A DNA stretch of 64,000 bases from Eledone cirrhosa (taxonomy: Eukaryota), in assembly GCA_964016885.1 (NCBI GenBank), contig OZ024741.1, forward strand, positions 47,988,001 through 48,052,000, given 5' to 3'. The position numbers were made by a program, and so were the translations under genes. Position 1 is the stretch's first letter; the number at the start of each line of letters is the position of its first letter. The notes beneath the pieces were generated by a model, which saw only the letters and a list, made by a program, of their open reading frames with translations, was not told where the DNA came from and made no database searches. Below are positions 1-12,299 of the stretch, in pieces.

Positions 1-365
1 TAAATGCTGAAGCTGGCACATTACTGCACCAGCTCCTGCAATTCTTGCAGATAAATTAACTTTCAGCCCTCTATCACTCATGAACACGATCTCAAGATAC
101 TTGAATTTTTCCACTTGCTTCAATGGAACTCTATTCACATGTAGAATGCACTGCACAGACTTCCTTGGGAGAATGAGTGTCTCAGGCTTTGCAGAACTGA
201 TTCTCATTCCAACTGTGCAGTCCTTGGCATCTAATCTATCAAGTACAATGTTAGAGATCACCTTCTGATGAGTTAAGTAATACCATGTCATCCGCAAATT
301 CCAGCCAATTGATCCTATACCTGCCAGTCATAATATCATTTCCAACCTGGCTACACTTGTCAATC
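1..365 (-). mobile_element. Degenerate RTE-clade LINE reverse transcriptase fragment
   Basis: Minus-strand translation gives WLEFADDMVLL...GMRISSAKPETL...LKQVEKFKYL...ARIAGAGAVM, with a stop and frameshift. Confidence 0.75.
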
Positions 366-561
366 CTTGTAGTGGATTATGAGGTTATGTCTAAACCCCA
401 GCTTAATAATGAGTTGGTAATTGACAGAAATTGTTGTTTGAATGAATGTATATATTCCCACATACTTTAGTTTGTATATGTATGTATTGTTACCACTGTA
501 TACCACAGGAAGTGTTTTTCATTAGAAATATGGTAATGAAAGGGTTAATTGTAAATGTTAA

Positions 562-720
562 CCCTTTAGCATTTAAACCGGCCATACCCAGCCAGTATTC
601 TCTCACCCCTTTCTGTTCAAACCAACTGTAACTGGCTGCTCATACTTATTTTAAGGTATTGTTCTCAAAATAAATAATATCAAAATAAATAATATTAAAA
701 GATTCAATATTATGTAAGAT
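562..720. mobile_element. Terminal fragment of a piggyBac-like non-autonomous element
   Basis: TTAA|CCCTTTAGCATTTAAACC end; the reverse complement recurs at about 9870-10032, 17380-17536 and 20230-20369; inner boundary approximate. Confidence 0.5.
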
Positions 721-984
721 AGTGTTTACCATGAAAATAATAGTAAATATAGAGTAATGTAAATGGTAAAGTTTTGATCTGAAGTCAAAATAAAAGTGAA
801 TAAATGAAAGTTAGCTTCAAAGACGAGGCCTAAAAGGTAGATGAGTTCAGTATACAGATAATAAATTGTAGTTATACATGTGACTTCTTTACAGAAATAA
901 TTTAAATAATATTTATTGTTAATTGATGTTATAGAACTTTGTAATGCAATGATGACATGCAATAAAATTAAGACTAATAATGGT

Positions 985-1130
985 TTCTACTTTAGGCACA
1001 AGGCGATCAATTTTTGGGTAGGGGAAAATCCATAAAATCGGCTCCAGTGTGTGACTGGTACTTTATTTTACCGACCCTGTAAGGACAAAAGCCAAAGCTA
1101 GCCTTAGTGGGATTTGAACTCAGAATCTCC
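985..1130 (-). mobile_element. tRNA-derived SINE, partial (Meta-domain-like family)
   Basis: Diverged reverse-complement copy of the 1170-1355 SINE, including B-box GAGTTCAAATCC. Confidence 0.6.
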
Positions 1131-1169
1131 ACTTCAAAATAACATCTATCATTATTTTATCAAGTGTAT

Positions 1170-1355
1170 GGTGGTGGATTGGCCGTATCGGTAGAGGGTC
1201 GGATGCCATGCTTTGACGCATAGAGTTACGGCCCTTGCTATTCTGAGTTCAAATCCCGCCGAGGTTAACTTTGCCTTTCATCCTTACGGGGTCGATAAAA
1301 TAAAGTACCAGTAATGCACTGGGTAATTGCTGGCCTTGTGCTAAAAGTAGAAACT
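1170..1355 (+). mobile_element. tRNA-derived SINE with Meta-like central domain
   Basis: A-box-like TGGCCGTATCGG, B-box GAGTTCAAATCC, core CTTTGCCTTTCATCCTTACGGGGTCGATAAAATAAAGTACCAG; several further copies in the window. Confidence 0.7.
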
Positions 1356-1379
1356 ATTATTTTATCAAGTGTATGTGTG

Positions 1380-1810
1380 TGTTGATGTTTTCTCTCTTTC
1401 ACTCACTGTCTCCGTCTATCTCGCTCTCCCCCTCTCTCTCACTCTCTCACTATTATATGGTTGATGTCCTCTCTCTTTCACTCACTGCCTCTGTCTATCT
1501 CACTCCACCTCCTCTCTCTCACTCTCCCCTCATTATTATATGGTTGATGTCCTCTCTCTTTCACTCACTGCTTCCATCTCTCTCACTCTCCCTCTCTCTC
1601 ACTATTATATGGTTGATGTTCTCCCCCCCTCTCTCACTACCTCCCTCTCTCTCACTCTCCCCTCTCTCACTATTATATGGTTGATGTTCTCTCTCTTTCA
1701 CTCACTGCTTTCATCTCTCTCACTCTCCCCCTATTATATGGTTGATGTTCTCTCTCTTTCACTCACTGCTTCCATCTCTCTCACTCTCCCCCTCTCTCAC
1801 TATTATATGC
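1380..1810. repeat. CT-rich minisatellite, variable ~60-90 bp unit
   Basis: Repeated CTATTATATGGTTGATGTYCTCTCTCTTTCACTCACTG blocks. Confidence 0.85.
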
Positions 1811-1884
1811 AAATGGGAACCCATGCACTGGCCACTCCGTGGTCATGGCCGACAGAATAGAGACGTTTGTGTCTTTACCAGTGT

Positions 1885-4800
1885 TTGTGTGTCTACCACT
1901 GTATATGTGTGTCTACCACTATATATGTGTCTACCAGTGTCTGTGTGTCTACCACTGTATATATGTGTCTGCCACTGTATATGTGTGCCTACCACTGTAT
2001 ATGTATGTCTACCACTATATATGTGTGTCTACCACTGCATATGTGTGTCTACCACTGTATGTGTGTCTACCACTGTATGTATGTGTCTACCACTGTATAT
2101 GTGTGTCTACCACTATATATGTATCTGTCTACCACTGTATATGTGTGTGTCTACTACTGTATATGTGTGTCTACCACTGTATATATGTGTGTCTACCACT
2201 ATATGTGTGTGTCTGCCACTATATATATGTGTCTACCACTGTATATGTGTGTCTACCACTGTGTGTGTGTCTACCACTGTATATATGTGTCTACCACTAT
2301 ATGTGTGTCTACCACTGTATATGTGTGTGTCTACCACTATGTCTACCACTGTATATGTGTGTCTACCACTGTATATATGTGTCTATCACTATATGTGTGT
2401 ATACCACTATATATGTGTGTCTACCACTGTATATGTGTGTCTACCACTATATATGTGTGTGTCTGCCATTGTATATGTGTGTGTCTACCACTGTATATGT
2501 GTCTGTCTACCACTATATATGTGTGTCTACCACTGTATATGTGTGTCTACCACTATATCTGTGTGTATACTCCTGTATATGTGTGTCTACCACTGTATGT
2601 GTGTCTACCACTGTATATATGTGTGTCTACCACTGTATGTGTGTCTGCCACTGTATGTGTGTGTCTACCACTGTATATGTGTGTCTATCACTATATATGT
2701 GTGTCTACCACTGTATGTGTGTCTACCACTATATGTGTGTGTCTACCACTGTATATGTGTGTCTACCACGGTATGTGTGTCTACCACTGTATATATGTCT
2801 ACCACTGTATATGTGTGTCTACCACTGTATATATGTGTGTCTACCACTGTATATGTGTGTCTGCCACTATATGTGTGTCTACCACTGTATACGTGTGTCT
2901 ACCACTATATATGTGTGTGTCTACCACTGTATATGTGTGTCTACCACTGTATATATGTGTCTACCACTGTATATATGTGTCTACCACTGTATATGTGTGT
3001 CTACCACTGTATATGTGTGTCTGCCACTGTATATATGTGTGTCTGTCACTCTATATATGTGTGTCTACCACTATATATGTGTGTCTGTCACTCTATATAT
3101 GTGTGTCTACCACTATATATGTGAGTCTGTCACTCTATATGTGTGTCTACCACTATATATGTGTCTATTACTGTATATGTGTGTCTACCACTGTATGTGT
3201 GTGTCTACCACTGTATATGTGTGTCTACCACTGTATATATGTGTGTCTACCACTGTATATATGTGTGTCTATCACTGTATATATGTGTCTACCACTGTAT
3301 ATGTGTGTCTGCCACTGTATATGTGTGTCTACCACTGTATATGTGTGTCTACCACAATATATGTGTCTACCACTGTATATGTGTGTCTACCACTGTATAT
3401 GTGTGTCTACCACTGTATATGTGTGTCTACCACTATATATGTGTGTGTCTACCACTGTATATGTGTGTCTACCACTGTATATGTGTGTCTACCACTGTAT
3501 ATATGTGTCTACCACTGTATATGTGTGTGTCTACCACTATATATGTATGTCTACCACTATATATGTGTGTCTACCACTGTATGTGTGTCTACCACTGTAT
3601 ATGTGTGCCTACCACCATATATGTGTGTGTCTACCACTGTATATATGTGTCTACCACTGTATATGTGTGTCTACCACTATATATGTGTGTGTCTGCCATT
3701 GTATATGTGTGTGTCTACCACTGTATATGTGTCTGTCTACCACTATATATGTGTGTCTACCACTGTATATGTGTCTACCACTGTATATGTGTGCCTACCA
3801 CTGTATATGTATGTCTACCACTATATATGTGTGTCTACCACTGCATTTGTGTGTCTACCACTGTATGTGTGTCTACCACTGTATGTATGTGTCTACCACT
3901 GTATATGTGTGTCTACCACTATATATGTATCTGTCTACCACTGTATATGTGTGTGTCTACTACTGTATATGTGTGTCTACCACTGTATATATGTGTGTCT
4001 ACCACTATATATGTGTGTCTGCCACTATATATATGTGTCTACCACTGTATATGTGTGTCTACCACTGTGTGTGTGTCTACCACTGTATATATGTGTCTAC
4101 CACTATATGTGTGTCTACCACTGTATATATGTGTCTACCACTGTATATGTGTGTGTCTACCACTATGTCTACCACTGTATATGTGTGTCTACCACTGTAT
4201 ATATGTGTCTATCACTATATGTGTGTATACCACTATATATGTGTGTCTACCACTATATGTGTGTCTACCACTATATATGTGTGTGTCTGCCATTGTATAT
4301 GTGTGTGTCTACCACTGTATATGTGTCTGTCTACCACTATATATGTGTGTCTACCACTGTATATGTGTGTCTACCACTATATCTGTGTGTATACCCCTGT
4401 ATATGTGTGTCTACCACTGTATGTGTGTCTACCACTGTATATATGTGTGTCTACCACTGTATGTGTGTCTGCCACTGTATGTGTGTGTCTATCACTGTAT
4501 ATGTGTGTCTATCACTATATATGTGTGTCTACCACTGTATGTGTGTCTACCACTATATGTGTGTGTCTACCACTGTATATGTGTGTCTACCACGGTATGT
4601 GTGTCTACCACTGTATATATGTCTACCACTGTATATGTGTGTCTACCACTGTATATATGTGTGTCTACCACTGTATATGTGTGTCTGCCACTATATGTGT
4701 GTCTACCACTGAATACGTGTGTCTACCACTATATATGTGTGTGTCTACCACTGTATATGTGTGTCTACCACTGTATATATGTGTCTACCACTGTATATAT

Positions 4801-7515
4801 GTGTCTCCACTGTATATGTGTGTCTACCACTGTATATGTGTGTCTGCCACTGTATATATGTGTGTCTGTCACTCTATATATGTGTGTCTACCACTATATA
4901 TGTGTGTCTGTCACTCTATATATGTGTGTCTACCACTATATATGTGTGTCTGTCACTGTATATGTGTGTCTACCACTATATGTGTGTCTATTACTGTATA
5001 TGTGTGTCTACCACTGTATATGTGTGTCTACCACTGTATATGTGTGTCTACCACTGTATATATGTGTGTGTCTACCACTGTATATATGTGTGTCTATCAC
5101 TGTATATGTGTGTCTACCACTGTATATGTGTGTCTGCTACTGTATATGTGTGTCTACCACTGTATATGTGTGTCTACCACAATATATGTGTCTACCACTG
5201 TATATGTGTGTCTGCCACTGTATATGTGTGTCTACCACTGTATATGTGTGTCTACCACTATATATGTGTGTGTCTACCACTGTATATGTGTGTCTACCAC
5301 TGTATATGTGTGTCTACCACTGTATATATGTGTCTACCACTGTATATGTGTGTGTCTACCACTATATATGTATGTCTACCACTATATATGTGTGTCTACC
5401 ACTGTATGTGTGTCTACCACTGTATATGTGTGCCTACCACCATATATGTGTGTGTCTACCACTGTATATATGTGTCTACCACTGTATATGTGTGTCTACC
5501 ACTATATATGTGTGTGTCTGCCATTGTATATGTGTGTGTCTACCACTGTATATGTGTCTGTCTACCACTATATATGTGTGTCTACCACTGTATATGTGTG
5601 GCTACCACTATATCTGTGTGTATACCCCTGTATATGTGCGTCAACCACTGTATGTGTGTCTACGACTGTATATATGTGTGTCTACCACTGTATGTGTGTC
5701 TGCCACTGTATGTGTGTGTCTACCACTGTATATGTGTGTCTATCACTATATATGTGTATCTACCACTGTATGTGTGTCTACCACTGTATATGTGTGTGTC
5801 TACCACTGTATATGTGTGTCTACCACTGTATGTGTGTCTACCACTGTATATATGTCTACCACTGTATATGTGTGTCTACCACTGTATGTATGTGTGTCTA
5901 CCACTGTATATGTGTGTCTGCCACTATATGTGTGTCTACCACAATATATGTGGGTCTACCACTGTATATGTGTGTCTACCACTGTATACGTGTGTCTACC
6001 ACTATATATGTGTGTGTCTACCACTGTATATGTGTGTCTACCACTGTATATATGTGTTTACCACTGTATATGTGTGTCTACCACTGTATATGTGTGTCTG
6101 CCACTGTATATATGTGTGTCTGTCACTATATATGTGTGTCTACCACTATATATGTGTGTCTGTCACTCTATATATGTGTGTCTACCACTATATATGTGTG
6201 TCTGCCACTGTTTATGTGTGTCTACCACTGTATATGTGTGTCTACCACTGTATATGTGTGTCTACCACTGTATATGTGTGTCTACCACTGTATATATGTG
6301 TGTCTACCACTGTATATATGTGTGTCTACCACTGTATATGTGCGTCTACCACTGTATATGTGTGTCTGCCACTGTTATGTGTGTCTACCACTGTATATGT
6401 GTGTCTACCACTGTATACGTGTGTCTACCACTATATATGTGTGTGTCTACCACTGTATATGTGTGTCTACCACTGTATATATGTGTTTACCACTGTATAT
6501 GTGTGTCTACCACTGTATATGTGTGTCTACCACTGTATATATGTGTGTCTACCACTGTATATATGTGTGTCTACCACTGTATAAGTGCGTCTACCACTGT
6601 ATATGTGTGTCTGCCACTGTTATGTGTGTCTACCACTGTATATGTGTGTCTACCACTGTATATGTGTGTCTACCACTGTATATGTGTGTCTACCACTGTA
6701 TACGTGTGTCTACCACTATATATGTGTGTGTCTACCACTGTATATGTGTGTCTACCACTGTATATATGTGTATACCACTGTATATATGTGTCTACCACTG
6801 TATATGTGTGTCTACCACTGTATATGTGTGTCTACCACTGTATATATGTGTGTCTGCCACTATATATGTGTGTCTGTCACTGTATATATGTGTGTCTACC
6901 ACTATATATGTGTGTCTGCCACTGTATATGTGTGTCTACCACTATATGTGTATCTATTACTGTATATGTGTGTCTACCACTGTATATGAGTGTCTACCAT
7001 TGTATATGTGTGTCTACCACTGTATATGTGTTTCTACCACTGTATATATGTGTCTACCATTGTATATATGTGTCTACCACTGTATATGTGTGTGTCTGCC
7101 ACTGAATATGTGTGTGTCTACCACTATATATGTGTCTGTCTACTACTGTATTTGTGTCTGTCTACCACTGTATATGTGTGTCTACCACTGTATATGTGTG
7201 TCTACCACTATATATGTGTGTCTACCACTATATATGTGTGTCTACCACTGTATATATGTGTGTCTACCACTATATATGTGTGTCTACCACTATATCTGTG
7301 TGTATACCACTGTATATGTGTGTCTACCACTGTATGCGTGTCTACCACTGTATATATGTCTGTCTGCCACTATATATGTCTGTCTGCCACTGTATATATG
7401 TCTGTCTACCACTGTATATATGTGTGTCTACCACTGTATATATGTCTGTCTACCACTGTATATATGTGTGTCTACCACAGTGTATGTGTGTGTCTTCACC
7501 ACAGTGTATGTGTGT
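1885..7515. repeat. ~20-bp satellite (GTCTACCACTGTATATGTGT)n
   Basis: Hundreds of tandem units; source of the spurious VYVCLPLYMC ORFs. Confidence 0.97.
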
Positions 7516-7689
7516 GGTTGTCAAGGAGGATATGTATATGTTTTTGTAAAGAATTGTCGGCCATTGTTACTCTACAAGTTACTTCTCTCCTAATTTCTAG
7601 GAGCAGCTTTACATCTTGTTTCTTGCTCTCCTACCATTGTTTTCCTTCATCTTCCCTCTTCATTTGACCTTGAACTTAGTCTTGCATCT

Positions 7690-7990
7690 TTGTCTCCCCC
7701 CTCCCTCTCTCCCCTCTCTCTCTATGTCTCCCTCTCTCTTTCTCTCTCCCCGCTCTCTCTTTCTCTCTCCCTTTTCATCTCTTTCTCTCCCCTCTCTTTC
7801 TCTCTCATTTTCTGTCTATGTCTCCCTTCTTTCTCAGTCTCTCCCCTCTCTCCTCCTCTCTCTTTCCTCCTTCCACTCCCCCCACTTTCACCCCTCCCCA
7901 TCCTCTCACTCCTCCTCTCTCTCGGTATTCTGCCACTGTTTACGTCACTCACACCACCTCTCCATGATCTTTCTCCTCTCACTCCTTCAC
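7690..7990. repeat. Polypyrimidine (CT) low-complexity tract
   Basis: Nearly pure C/T sequence. Confidence 0.85.
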
Positions 7991-8082
7991 TTCATTCCAT
8001 CCAACATTCCATTCCTCACTAACTTTGGTGTGGCAGTATCATTAGAATATTTGGTAAAATACTTTACATTATTTAGTAATTG

Positions 8083-8285
8083 ATTGGCAGAATTATTAAA
8101 GGTTCAGACAAAATTCCTTATGGTATTTTGCTATAGTTTCTTAGATTCAGAGTTCAAATCCTGCCAACATCAACTTTGCTTTTATCGTTCCAAGGGTTGG
8201 TAAAATTATGTACTAGTGAAGTACTGGGGGGCAATGTAATTGACTTATTCCTCCCCTTAAATTGCTGGTTTTGTGCCTAAATTAG
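8083..8285 (+). mobile_element. Diverged Meta-like SINE
   Basis: GAGTTCAAATCC B-box and 3' end TTGCTGGTTTTGTGCCTAAA homologous to 1170-1355. Confidence 0.6.
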
Positions 8286-8676
8286 TAACCATTGTTAGTT
8301 TTGGCAGATCTGGCTGTAAAGTAAAGGAAAGCACTATAAATGCTGTAAATGAAAAGAAAAGGAAAGAAAGAGTAAGGACTATTAGGCAGCAGAAGAAAGA
8401 GATGGAGAAAGGGAGAGAGTGTGACACACTCTATGCCTAGGCTGGAGCCGTGTTTTGGCTGTGACCTTTGAATAAAACTGCAAAGGCATTTCCGCAGCCA
8501 ATGGTCAGCAAAACTTGCTGCAACAGCCACCTCACCTTATTGGGCTCCTTCTCAGATGGGCTGCTGCTGTTCTGATTTTATGGAGGAGCTCAGCTTTCTA
8601 GGGCCTGAGGAGGCCTGAGATCTTGACGGCAACCAAACATCAACTTTATCTTTCATCCTGGGTTGGGGTGGCCAAT

Positions 8677-8900
8677 ATGACATAGTCCAATGACCTAGTC
8701 CATATGACCTAGTCCAATGACCTAGTCCAATGACCTAGTCCATATGACCTAGTCCAATGACCTAGTCCAATGACCTAGTCCAATGACCTAGTCCAATGAC
8801 CTAGTCCATATGACCTAGTCCATATAACCTAGTCCATATGACCTAGTCCATATGATCTAGTCCATATGATCTAGTCCAATGACCTAATCTAACAACCTAA
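8677..8900. repeat. 13-14 bp minisatellite (ATGACCTAGTCCA[T])n
   Basis: About 15 tandem units. Confidence 0.9.
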
Positions 8901-9154
8901 TTATATTATGATACCCACTGTTGCATTATCTCAGCCCATTAAATAACTTTCACTATTGACCAGGAGATGGATGGATGTTGTGTATTGAGAGAGAGGAGTG
9001 AGTTTTTTTTTTTTTTCACCACTGAGAATTGATTGTCAAAGATCCCAGACCTCATTTACTTACCAAATGAGGTGGAACTTGTCAAATCAGACCATGGAAA
9101 CAATGTTTCAATTGGTCTTTTCATTGTTGATATTCTCTGCCGATCACAACTCCT

Positions 9155-9277
9155 GGCAGAAGAAGCAATGTGAAATAAAGTGTCATGCTGAAAGGCATAA
9201 CACATCTCTCGGTCTGGGAATTAAACTAACAACCTCACGATTGCAATCCAATTCTCTAAACACTCAGCCATGCACCT
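9155..9277 (-). mobile_element. tRNA-head SINE fragment, second family
   Basis: Homologous to 47025-47158 (GCAATGTGAAATAAAGTG...CGGTCTG(A/G)GAATT...AGCCATG). Confidence 0.55.
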
Positions 9278-10311
9278 TCACTTTTTAGCACTAATAAATT
9301 GCAAACGTTACCTATGTAATAATATTTTGATATTTAAAACAAAAGCTAAGGTACTATAATACATAGTGGGCCTTAAGTCATGCATCAAAGCATTAAATGT
9401 CTTAACGTATTAACTGTATTAACTATATTAACAAAGAACTGAATTATCACTTACATTTAATTTAATTACAATCATCTTTTTGTGTTGTTGATCACTTCTA
9501 TCTCCCTAGATAAATTGGAGGTGAGGAATGATCAAGTTTGAGCTGTCGTACAAATTGTCAACCATTGGACTCAATCACTACCTTAAAATCACAGATGATA
9601 GGGTGATAAAAATGATACCTTTGTTATTTCAATATAATTTTTGTTATTAATACAATACAATGTACATGTATACTAAATTGTTTTTAATGCTGTGCTATGT
9701 GACTTGTGGCCCACCTTATATATTATCTTCTGTGTCATTTGTAAAACATCAGATAATAAATTTTACTTCATGATCTTTACTGACAGAATAAGGCATTACC
9801 AATGGTGATATAAAAAATTTACATTATTCTATATTTACTATTGTATTTTTACAGTAAAGGCTTCATCGTACATAGTTATCTCACATAAAATCGAATCAAC
9901 AAGATTTTGATGTTATTTATTATGAGAACAATACCTTAATATCAGTATGAGCAGCCAGTTATGGCCAGTTTGAACAGAGAGAGGTGAGAGAGTTCTGGGC
10001 AGATATGGCCAGTGTAGATGCTAATGCGTTAATTTATCCTGTTTAATTCTTACCTTGTCTTATTGTCTTACTTACTGTATGTACTCAAATATAGCCTGAG
10101 AAATATGTGACCAAAAAACTAATGGTAAATGGGAGGTTGACTTATATATGCCATATAAACAATGTGTGGATTAGCTGCCTCAGTTTATAAACAGGATTTG
10201 GATTTTCACCTATTTCTCAGACATAAAATACTGGGGTGGCTTATATTCGAGTATATATGGTAATTTATCATATTTAATTTGAAATTATTTGATTTTGTTT
10301 ATGTATTATAG

Positions 10312-10437
10312 GGAGAAGGTAAAACTACACTGTTGGACTGTTTAATTAAGAAAAATGGTGATCATTTTCAAAACAGTCTTGGACTTAATACATACAAGTG
10401 GGTTCTAGAACGGCCAGCTAAAAATCTCTTTTGTTTT
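10312..10437 (+). CDS. Host exon A: ROC GTPase domain, P-loop and switch I (LRRK/ROCO-like)
   Basis: ag|GGA...TTT|gtaagt; 126 nt, phase 0/0; GEGKTTLLDCLIKKNGDHFQNSLGLNTYKWVLERPAKNLFCF. Confidence 0.85.
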
Positions 10438-10536
10438 GTAAGTTACTTCATGTTAAACTGTATTTCATATATAAAGGTCTATATAGACCCATATATATAT
10501 ATTTTATGTATGAAGGTGCATATCGACCAATATATA

Positions 10537-10929
10537 CGAGGGCAATCCCAAAAGTAAGGTCTCCTTCTGATATTGCAACTTTTCTGTTAAAATCCTGTGG
10601 ATGGTGCTTCGGGAAACCTCAGGAACCAAAATGCAGAGAACATCCAGAGTGATCCGCCGATCTTTACGCATGTTTTCCTCGGAAGGAGACCTTACTTTTG
10701 GGATTGCCCTCTACATAATAACTGCGCGAAATTCACACTTGGTGGGAGCGTTCAACGGGAGCTCCATTCTCAACAGCTGCCAAGCCAAGATTGAGCATCC
10801 CAGCGAAGCGCGCACATGCTTGTTTGGGAGTGAAGGAAGCATCAATCACAACAGTGTTGCCAACAGCCGTACAAACAGTTTCTCTGCGTCCCCATCGCTT
10901 TGGAGATCTTACTCTTGGGATTACCCTCG
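10537..10929. mobile_element. Tc1/mariner-type MITE
   Basis: TA|CGAGGGCAATCCCAAAAGTAAGGTCTCC ... GGAGATCTTACTCTTGGGATTACCCTCG|TA; ~28-bp TIRs and TA flanks. Confidence 0.85.
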
Positions 10930-10939
10930 TATATATTTT

Positions 10940-11287
10940 ATATATAAAAGTGTGTATGAAATCATATATATATAAAGGTGTATATGAATCCATATATATA
11001 TATATATTATATATAAAGGTGTATATGAACCCATATATATATATATTATATATAAAGGTGTATATGAACCCATATATATATATTATATATAAAGGTGTAT
11101 ATGAACCCATATATATATATATTATATATAAAGGTGTATATGAACCCATATATATATCATATATAAAGGTGTATATGAACCCATTTATATATATATATTA
11201 TATATAAAGGTGTATATGGACCTATATATATTATATAAAGGTGTATATGAACCCATATATATATCATATATAAAGGTGTATATGAAC

Positions 11288-11353
<66 letters not shown>

Positions 11354-11664
11354 AAGGTGTATATGAACCCATATATATATATTATATATAAAGGTGTATA
11401 TGAACCCATATATATATATATTATATATAAAGGTGTATATGAACCCATATATATATATATTATATATAAAGGTGTATATGAACCCATATATATATATATA
11501 TTATATATAAAGGTGTATATGAACCCATATATATATCATATATAAAGGTGTATATGAACCCATTTATATATATATTATATATAAAGGTGTATATGGACCT
11601 ATATATATTATATAAAGGTGTATATGAACCCATATATATATCATATATAAAGGTGTATATGAAC

Positions 11665-11712
<48 letters not shown>
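10940..11712. repeat. Minisatellite TATAAAGGTGTATATGAACCC(AT)n, resuming at 15830-15950
   Basis: About 18 units; array split by the PLE insertion. Confidence 0.9.
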
Positions 11713-11715
<3 letters not shown>

Positions 11716-11885
11716 TATAGATAGGTAAATATACACGGGTGTGTATGATTGTGTATAGAAGATTATATTAATAAGAGGAATTCCAACTTTGTCTGATTTA
11801 CTCGTTTTATTTACAATCCTTTAAAATATATATAATGGTATTATAATGAAATAGTATGATAGAATATTAAATTCTAAGTGTTAAT

Positions 11886-11924
11886 TGAACAAGTACTTTC
11901 ATGCTTTCGCAATCTTCAGGTTCA
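11886..11924 (-). ncRNA. Minimal type I hammerhead ribozyme in the 3' pLTR
   Basis: UGAAC-CUGAAGA-U-UGC-GAAA-GCA-U-GAAA-GUAC-UU-GUUCA: 5-bp stem I, GNRA-capped stem II, palindromic stem III AAGUACUU. Confidence 0.85.
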
Positions 11925-12299
11925 TGATATGTGGTGACAGTCGAGTTTGCAATTTTCAACTGTAATGAGATGGGTAAATTTCCTACCTTTTATACATTTT
12001 ATACAGAGAAAAGTGGCTCCAGAATGCAAAGCCCTGTAAACTGTATTTCGACCAATCAGTGTGTAGTTTCACTGAATTACTACAGCTGATTGGTTTAAGC
12101 GTCACGGCTGGTTGAGCATGCTAACGACCAATAGTCATATCCAACGTATCAATTGTTTTGCTTTTTTGAAATGATGAAAATAGCATTTTCTATTAATCAT
12201 CACCATCAACATCACTTTTATTATTATTATTATTGTTGTTGTTGTTGTTGTTAGTGGTCGTGGTCATAGTGGTAGTAGAAGTAATACCCCTAGGCGTTA

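Noticed and set aside
1170-1260. tRNA gene
   Set aside because: A/B boxes belong to a multi-copy SINE head; no cloverleaf
1742-7667. Very long + strand ORFs (up to 1908 aa, VYVCLPLYMC...)
   Set aside because: All three frames are open because the 20-bp satellite lacks stops; no domain content
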